Origin: Candidatus Latescibacterota bacterium
GTDB lineage: Bacteria; Latescibacterota; UBA2968
DNA: 64,000 nucleotides
Reading direction: 5' to 3'
Assembly: GCA_965208125.1 (NCBI GenBank)
Contig: OZ242320.1
Coordinates: 3,648,001-3,712,000, forward strand
The notes beneath the pieces were generated by a model that saw only the letters and a list, made by a program, of their open reading frames with translations, was not told where the DNA came from and searched no databases. Numbering within the stretch: position 1 is the stretch's first letter; each line of letters begins with the position of its first letter. The position numbers were made by a program, and so were the translations under genes. Positions 57,537-64,000 of this stretch are shown here, one piece after another.

Positions 57537-59041
57537 GCGCCAAAGTTCCGGTGTGGATGACCGTCGATTACCCAGGTGTCTTTGCTGTGAACAAACGCAT
57601 GCGTAGGAACGACAAAATTCTCGCGCTCGGGTGCGCTGCGCGTGAGGCCTCCGGGCATTACCGAGTATGTATTTTGATGGGAGACTGCAAAGGCTGTGAG
57701 GGTGGTGTAGCGAGATTCGAGATGGCCGTTGATCAGGGAAGGCGCCGTTGCAAAGCTGACGTGTTCCAGGCCTGCGTAATGGGTGGGATTTGCCCTGATG
57801 CGATCGCGCCAGACTTCGCGCTCGGATCGGCTGAGCAAGGCGCCGAAGACGCGGGGAATAGCGGATTGCTGATCAATTGGACAGAGAACCAGGCTGTCGA
57901 GATGATCGAGCACATAGTTCATTTCCCGCACTTGCCCACACCACCAGGTGGCTATTGAGGGCAGGATGAGATCTTCGCCCAGCAAGTGTTGTGCAATGCC
58001 GGGCAAAAAAGGCATCAAGCCCAGATTTTCGAGCATGCCACTGCCCAGGGGATTGGCAATGACTACATGCCCATTTCGCACAGCATTGAGCAGACCGGCA
58101 ACGCCGAGTTTCGATTCTTCGTTGAGTTCCAATGGGTCGCAAAAATCGTCATTAATGTGGCGCAAAATGATATCGACGGGATGCAAGCCATCGATGGATT
58201 TGAGCCACACGCGCCCATCGCGCACGGTGAGGTCATCGCCTTGCACAAGGGTATAACCCAGATAAGCCGAGAGATATGCATGCTCAAAATAGGTGGCGTT
58301 AAAAGGTCCCGGGGTCAGTACAACGATCCGGGGGTTTTCTTTATTCTGAGGAGCAATTTGAGACAGGCCAGCCTGAAAGGTGCGAAAAAAATCGGCCAGG
58401 CGTCGCACATTGCAGTCGTTGAACAAGACGGGCATGATGCGCGATATCGCGGTTCTGTTTTCGAGCGCGTATCCCAGGCCCGAAGGTGCCTGTGTGTGGT
58501 CGTACAAAACCCACATCTGTCCATCGGGTCCCCGCGCGAGATTGGCGGCATAGACGCGCAATTGATGTTCAACAGGCAAAAAGACATCTTTGCAGGATCT
58601 CAAAAAACCAGCGTGATTGTAGATGAGTTCAAAGGGTAAAAGGCCCTCTCGGATGAGTGTTTGGGGACCGTAGATGTCCTTGAGCACGAGGTTGAGTAAT
58701 TCGGCGCGTTGAGATACACCTCGCGCAATATGGGTCCAGTCATTTGCCTGAAGCAGGAGGGGGATAGGATCGAGTTCCCAGGGTCGGTGCAAGCCATCGG
58801 GATTGCCGTGTACGTTGTACGTAACGCCGTTTTCGCGGAGCAACAATCGCGCTTCCTGATGGCGGCGCGCCAGTTCTTTGCTGCCCATGCGTTCTATTGC
58901 GTGAAAAAAGGGATGCCAATGGGCGCGCACCCCATCTTTTTGGTCCCACATTTCGTCGTAAGAACCGGGTTCGATGGCATACCCTTCGGGCATAATATCG
59001 GCAATTGGGGTTTTGGACAAAGCTGGTTCCCCGGACAACAA
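57533..59041 (-). CDS. Circularly permuted type 2 ATP-grasp protein (divergent copy)
   Basis: RPWELDPIP, APSGLGYALENR, YFEHAYL, PGGLTR, SKDTWV; start uncertain (59020-59041). Confidence 0.88.
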   Translation of the reverse strand: MLSGEPALSKTPIADIMPEGYAIEPGSYDEMWDQKDGVRAHWHPFFHAIERMGSKELARRHQEARLLLRENGVTYNVHGNPDGLHRPWELDPIPLLLQANDWTHIARGVSQRAELLNLVLKDIYGPQTLIREGLLPFELIYNHAGFLRSCKDVFLPVEHQLRVYAANLARGPDGQMWVLYDHTQAPSGLGYALENRTAISRIMPVLFNDCNVRRLADFFRTFQAGLSQIAPQNKENPRIVVLTPGPFNATYFEHAYLSAYLGYTLVQGDDLTVRDGRVWLKSIDGLHPVDIILRHINDDFCDPLELNEESKLGVAGLLNAVRNGHVVIANPLGSGMLENLGLMPFLPGIAQHLLGEDLILPSIATWWCGQVREMNYVLDHLDSLVLCPIDQQSAIPRVFGALLSRSEREVWRDRIRANPTHYAGLEHVSFATAPSLINGHLESRYTTLTAFAVSHQNTYSVMPGGLTRSAPERENFVVPTHAFVHSKDTWVIDGHPHRNFGA

Positions 59042-59056
59042 AAAAAGAGGAAGATT

Positions 59057-60016
59057 TCAGGCGGTCGTGGAGGAAGGCGCAGTTGCGAAGAAGGTTTCGA
59101 AAATAGCGTTATCAAGCTGGTTGAGCCGCGTTTGAAATGCGTCGAGGTATTCGTGCAGACCCCGCGTGATGATTTCATCTATACTGGTGTAATCCAGTTC
59201 GGCGAGCAGGCGACCCAGTACTTGTTCGGACGTGTTTTGAAAAGAGTCTTCGGGCGTACCCGATATGGTGTGCAAGGATTGATTGGCCCTGGAAAGACAG
59301 TATCGAATAGCGCGGGGAAATTCGCGGTTTAAGAGCAAGAAATCGACTACATTATGGGGGTCGATAGGGCCATATTGCTTGCGATACATTTCGAGGGCAC
59401 TGGCAGATTTGAGCAATGCCGACCACTGGATATTGTCAAAGGGCGTGCCCACATCATCAACTTCGGGCAATAAAAAAAAGTATTTGACATCGAGGATGCG
59501 CGAGGTCTTATCGGCGCGTTCTAAGTCCCGACCCAGTTGAGCAAATTGCCATGCTTCATTGTGAGACAGGGTGTTGCGCTGAATGCCAGTGAACAGGTGG
59601 CTGGCCATGATGATATCTGTAAAGTAGGTATGGGGAGCATCCTGTGCCTGGGGTTTGTCGATGTTTTGCACCTGCAAGTAGAATTTGTTAATCTGTTCCC
59701 ACATTTCCGTTGAAATAATTTCTCGGATAGCACGCGCATTTTCACGGGCGTTTTGCAAGCAGGAGATAATGGAGTTGGGATTTACGGGACTAAATGTCAG
59801 GAAGTCGATGACGCTGGCCTGGTTGTCCGTTGCGTAGTTTTCGTAGAACAGGTCCTGATCGCCTGTGGTGAGCACAAGCGGTTCCCACTGACCTTTGGCT
59901 TCAACGGGTAAGTCGAGCATCAAGTGACAATTGACCTCAATAAAGCGGGCGACATTTTCGGCGCGTTCAAGATAACGACTCATCCAGTAAATGGATTCTG
60001 CAGCGCGGCTTAACAT
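59057..60016 (-). CDS. Alpha-E domain protein
   Basis: MLSRAAESIYWMSRYLERAE, ARENAR, ERAD, FPRAI. Confidence 0.93.
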   Translation of the reverse strand: MLSRAAESIYWMSRYLERAENVARFIEVNCHLMLDLPVEAKGQWEPLVLTTGDQDLFYENYATDNQASVIDFLTFSPVNPNSIISCLQNARENARAIREIISTEMWEQINKFYLQVQNIDKPQAQDAPHTYFTDIIMASHLFTGIQRNTLSHNEAWQFAQLGRDLERADKTSRILDVKYFFLLPEVDDVGTPFDNIQWSALLKSASALEMYRKQYGPIDPHNVVDFLLLNREFPRAIRYCLSRANQSLHTISGTPEDSFQNTSEQVLGRLLAELDYTSIDEIITRGLHEYLDAFQTRLNQLDNAIFETFFATAPSSTTA

Positions 60017-60030
60017 AAGATGGCTCGGCG

Positions 60031-61512
60031 TTAGTGCGTTTGTGAAAGGTATCTGTATGGGACAAGTGGATCGTCGCTGTCGTATAATACCCAGGTGTCT
60101 TTGCTTCCCCCACCTTGTGAAGAATTGACTACCAGAGATCCTTTTTTAAGGGCCACGCGCGTCAGCCCGCCGGGCAAGACATAAGTATCTTCGCCATTGT
60201 AGAGAATATAGGGCCGCAAATCGACGTGCCTACCTTCAAAGTGGTCTTCTACCAGAATAGGGCTTCGCGAGAGTGAAATGGTGGGCTGTGCAATATAATT
60301 GCGTGGGTTTTTGGTGATGCGGTTGGCAAAGTCTTCGCGTTCGGCTCGTGTGGAATTTACGCCAATGAGCATGCCGTATCCGCCCGACTCATTGGCGGCT
60401 TTGACCACAAGGGTGTCCAGGTTTTCGAGTACATGCTGGCGTTGCTTGTCGTCCCAACAAACATAGGTAGGCACATTGGGCAGCAAGATGTCTTCGTTGA
60501 GATAATATTTGATGATTTGTGGCACATAAGCATATACGACCTTGTCGTCGGCAACACCTGTGCCGGGCGCATTCGCAATGGCGACTTGACCGTTTTTATA
60601 GACCTCCAGGAGTCCGGGCACGCCCAGCATGGAATCGGGACGAAAGACTTCTGGATCGAGAAATTCGGCATCAATGCGCCGATAAATAACGTCGATGCGC
60701 TGAAATCCACGGGTCGTCCGCATCGATACAGAACCATCGGCAACGACGAGGTCCCGCCCTTCGACCAATTCGACACCCATTTGTTGGGCGAGAAAGGCAT
60801 GTTCAAAATAGGCCGAGTTGTAGATGCCGGGTGTGAGTAAAACGACCGTTGGCGATGTGACATGGGTAGGAGATAGAGAACGCAGTGTGTTGAGCAATTG
60901 AGCGGGATAGTCATCGACATGTCGCACATGAGAAGCTTCAAATACTTCTGGAAATATGCGTTTGAGAACCTCCCGATTTTCAAGTACATAAGACACACCC
61001 GAAGGACAGCGCATGTTGTCTTCAAGGATGTAAAACTGGCCGTCGCTATCGCGCACGAGGTCAATGCCGGAAATGTGACACCATACATCTTTGGGTGGCG
61101 AAAGGCCAATGCAGGGTTTTAGAAATTCTTTGGCTGTGTCGATGACGTAGCGGGGAATGATGCCGTCTTTGAGGATTTTTTGCTCGGTGTAGATGTCGCA
61201 GAGAAAGAGGTTGAGGGCCTGAATGCGTTGCGTGAGGCCATTTTCGATGTAGGCCCAGTCGGTATGAGAAACGATGCGGGGAATGATGTCGAAGGGAAAA
61301 ATTTTCTCGACGCCAGCTTCGTGGCCATACACGTTGAACGTGATGCCCATGTTCATCAGGGCCAGTTCGGCGGCTTGGTGGCGTTTTTGGAGTTCGTCTT
61401 TGGAGAGTTCGCCGAGTGTTTCGAGGAGCAATCGCGCGCCGGGATGGGGCGTGTTCGGAGATTCAAAGAGTTCGTCGTAAAATCCGCCGAGTTCATAAGA
61501 TGAAAAGTCCAT
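60031..61512 (-). CDS. Circularly permuted type 2 ATP-grasp protein
   Basis: [44 protein letters not shown]; start at MDFSSY. Confidence 0.95.
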   Translation of the reverse strand: MDFSSYELGGFYDELFESPNTPHPGARLLLETLGELSKDELQKRHQAAELALMNMGITFNVYGHEAGVEKIFPFDIIPRIVSHTDWAYIENGLTQRIQALNLFLCDIYTEQKILKDGIIPRYVIDTAKEFLKPCIGLSPPKDVWCHISGIDLVRDSDGQFYILEDNMRCPSGVSYVLENREVLKRIFPEVFEASHVRHVDDYPAQLLNTLRSLSPTHVTSPTVVLLTPGIYNSAYFEHAFLAQQMGVELVEGRDLVVADGSVSMRTTRGFQRIDVIYRRIDAEFLDPEVFRPDSMLGVPGLLEVYKNGQVAIANAPGTGVADDKVVYAYVPQIIKYYLNEDILLPNVPTYVCWDDKQRQHVLENLDTLVVKAANESGGYGMLIGVNSTRAEREDFANRITKNPRNYIAQPTISLSRSPILVEDHFEGRHVDLRPYILYNGEDTYVLPGGLTRVALKKGSLVVNSSQGGGSKDTWVLYDSDDPLVPYRYLSQTH

Positions 61513-61812
61513 GTGTTCACCATCTATCAAAAGAAGGCTTACGTGACGTGGTGAAAAAATAATAAAGCGGTGGAGAGCACCTGTCAATTGTTTTTTGGGT
61601 GAACGACGAGTCGGGATTTTAGGATGAGAAGATGAGCAGGATGAAAGGCGGGAGGTATCCGCAGATGGACGCAGATGAGTAGCGTCACATCTCATCACCA
61701 TTGCATTGACCACGTACTGCAATTACAGTATATTTTCTATTGAATCGTAAAATGCGGTTTTAATCTATTATCTTGTTTCTACTTTAGGCCATTATTTTTC
61801 GGAGGTACGGTT

Positions 61813-63660
61813 ATGGCTATCGCTATTCAAAGTTTCCAGGATCGGCTCATGGACGGGGATATGACCCTGGATGTTTCTCCGGTAGTGGATCCGAGCAATC
61901 TGGTGTATCACAAATTGTGCTCTGCTGATGATTTTGAAGAAGGCGAAGGGAAGCCGTTTACGGTGGAGGGCACCCACATCGCCGTTTTCTGCTACGAGGG
62001 GAGGTTCAATGCGGTAGATAACCGCTGTCCGCATATGGGATATCCGATGTCCGAGGGCAGCGTTCGGGATGGGGTCCTGATTTGTCACTGGCACCACTGG
62101 GAGTTCGACCTTAAGACGGGCGGTTGTTTCATAACCTCCGGAGCTGGAAACGATCTGAAGAGCTTTCCCGTGGAGGTGCGGGACGACGGGTGTCTGTACG
62201 TGGGGCTTGCACCGGGCGAAAAAGAGGCGGCCAGACGCCGGCAGATTGACCGGGGGAAGTATATTCTTGAGCAGGGTCTGAAAGATCGGAGTTCGCTCCT
62301 GATTGCCAAGGCGATTACCGCGCTAAAGGCTGCAGGCGCCACGCCGCAGGAGATGATCCAACAGGGACTTTTTTACGGGGCATATAAATCGAATGAGGGT
62401 TGGTCATCGGGCGTGGCCATTTTGACGCTGGCTGCAAATATGTTGGAAGATGTAGGTGAGAGGGACCACAATCTTTTCCTGGTCCACGGGCTGACACAGA
62501 TTTCCAGACGCACATCAGGAGGTTCGCGGCGGCAGGGTTTCCCTTTGCCCAAAACATCGGACGAACCTGATCTGGCGACCCTCAAACGCTGGTTCCGGCG
62601 GCTGGTGGATCAGCGCAGCAGCAGCGCTGCACAGCGTATTCTGATGACCCTGTACGACCGTGGGTATTCACCAGAAGAGATTGCGGATATTGTTTTTACC
62701 ACGGCGACGGATTTCTATTTTACCGGGGACGGTCACGCGCTCGATTTCGCGAATAAAATGTTCGAGGCCTTAGATTATGTAGATTGGGAAGGGGCGAATG
62801 AGATTTTGCGACCGATTGTGGTCGATTTAGTGGGCAGGGAACGACACGAGGAGACCGCCCGATGGGAAGACAGCGTGCCGGTCCTGGAAGATATTTTCAC
62901 CCGTCTGGACGGGATGTGGGAGGCGAACCAGGAGAACGAGGCACCGCTGGATATTTCTGCTTTTACGCAGACGCTGCTGGGGGAGGCGTTCGAGCCGATT
63001 GTCGCCGAGATAGAAGACAAACTGCGCGAAGGTGTGAAGCCCACGGATATCTGCCGGGCGATGACCTATGCCGGGGCCATCCGCACGGCGCGGTTCCACC
63101 TCAAGAACGAGGGGGACTGGCACGATGTGGCGAATATTTACTCTTATGCCCATGCCCTCTATCGCGCTTTCCACCTGGCGCCGAGCGCAGAGCTTTTGCG
63201 CGGCATTTTCCACGGCGCTGTGTTTATGACCTATTTGCGCTGGCTCAACATGCCAGCGGCCCGCCTGCCCAGGGAAGGACAGCGGCTGGACGAGACGTTC
63301 GCATCTGAGGACAAGATGTTGGACCGGCTACAGGAGTTTGCGGATTTCCAGAAGGTCTTCGAGGCTGAGGTGCTGGTAAGCCAGTACCTGGAGGAAGGAT
63401 ACGATATCACGAAGCTCAGGCATACTTTGGCCCATATTATGCTGCGCGAGGATGCGGAACTGCACATGTTCCAGGTGCTGGAGGTGGCGTTCCGGCACTA
63501 CGACCTGTCGGACGATCCGAAGGAGAAGCGTATGCACCTGCTGGCAGCGACCCGGTATATTACCGCCCAGAAGGTGATGAAGGGGATTCTGTGGTCCACG
63601 GAGAACGCGGAGCGGCTGCAGCGCGGGGAACTGCTAAGCGAGCGGGATGATGATAATTAG
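61813..63660 (+). CDS. Rieske [2Fe-2S] domain fused to a large helical domain
   Basis: CPH...CHWH ligands; GGAGG RBS; His-containing helical C-terminal region. Confidence 0.88.
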   Translation: MAIAIQSFQDRLMDGDMTLDVSPVVDPSNLVYHKLCSADDFEEGEGKPFTVEGTHIAVFCYEGRFNAVDNRCPHMGYPMSEGSVRDGVLICHWHHWEFDLKTGGCFITSGAGNDLKSFPVEVRDDGCLYVGLAPGEKEAARRRQIDRGKYILEQGLKDRSSLLIAKAITALKAAGATPQEMIQQGLFYGAYKSNEGWSSGVAILTLAANMLEDVGERDHNLFLVHGLTQISRRTSGGSRRQGFPLPKTSDEPDLATLKRWFRRLVDQRSSSAAQRILMTLYDRGYSPEEIADIVFTTATDFYFTGDGHALDFANKMFEALDYVDWEGANEILRPIVVDLVGRERHEETARWEDSVPVLEDIFTRLDGMWEANQENEAPLDISAFTQTLLGEAFEPIVAEIEDKLREGVKPTDICRAMTYAGAIRTARFHLKNEGDWHDVANIYSYAHALYRAFHLAPSAELLRGIFHGAVFMTYLRWLNMPAARLPREGQRLDETFASEDKMLDRLQEFADFQKVFEAEVLVSQYLEEGYDITKLRHTLAHIMLREDAELHMFQVLEVAFRHYDLSDDPKEKRMHLLAATRYITAQKVMKGILWSTENAERLQRGELLSERDDDN

Positions 63661-63695
63661 GACAAGGGGCAGGTGAAGGCATAGGGCTGAACAGG

Positions 63696-63728
63696 CAGTA
63701 GCAGGTAATATCCTGCTACTGTTTTTTT
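63696..63728 (+). terminator. Intrinsic terminator
   Basis: cagtagcagg-taatat-cctgctactg followed by T7. Confidence 0.8.
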
Positions 63729-63736
63729 GTGTGCCA

Positions 63737-64000
63737 CTATCTGATCGATAGAAATTTTCCACCTTGTCGCGCCGATTCTTCGGCTGTGATGCAGGCATTG
63801 GCAACGGCGAGGGTATCGTCTGTTGAGATCGAGTTTTCTTCACCGCGCGAGAGTGCATCAATCATATTTTCAACAAATGCGTGATTGGTTGAGGAAGGGA
63901 GTTTGGGTTCGTAAGTGCCCGATTTGTTGGAGACAATGAGCACGTGGTCGTCGGCATAGGCACGCAAGTGTGCCGAGCCTTCGGTGCCCATAATAATGAA
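63737..64000 (-). CDS. Gfo/Idh/MocA-family oxidoreductase C-terminus (5' partial)
   Basis: GTEGS and A..ESARQG terminal motifs; runs off the window. Confidence 0.65.
   Translation of the reverse strand, partial: FIIMGTEGSAHLRAYADDHVLIVSNKSGTYEPKLPSSTNHAFVENMIDALSRGEENSISTDDTLAVANACITAEESARQGGKFLSIR

Overview
This is a gene-dense bacterial window. PorV-like, GWxTD and Omp85-type genes point to a diderm FCB-group-like organism, and the ankyrin expansion is compatible with a host-associated lifestyle (both are inferences). Bases 1-30 kb and 55-64 kb carry mostly housekeeping and envelope genes: ABC transporter, sucD, rpiA, era, L,D-transpeptidase, a giant M28-like/FtsX fusion with an OPT-like partner, YyaL, OSBS, a circularly permuted ATP-grasp/alpha-E/transglutaminase operon and a Rieske protein. 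Between toxin-antitoxin modules (about 30.1-55.2 kb) lies a co-directional accessory locus, which is the main finding. Its core has a catalytically dead and an active trypsin-TM-FHA receptor, a MotA/TolQ/ExbB channel, a partner with an ExbD/MotB-like Asp-containing helix plus coiled coil and vWA domain, and two stand-alone FHA proteins. A recombining array follows, with six near-identical Ser/Thr kinases carrying swapped C-terminal modules (PDZ, FGE-sulfatase/CLec, ankyrin), two PP2C phosphatases and several gene relics. The FGE tails resemble DGR variable regions, but no RT or template repeat is visible. No rRNA, tRNA, CRISPR array or intact transposase was seen. All family calls are from motif recognition by eye, not database searches.
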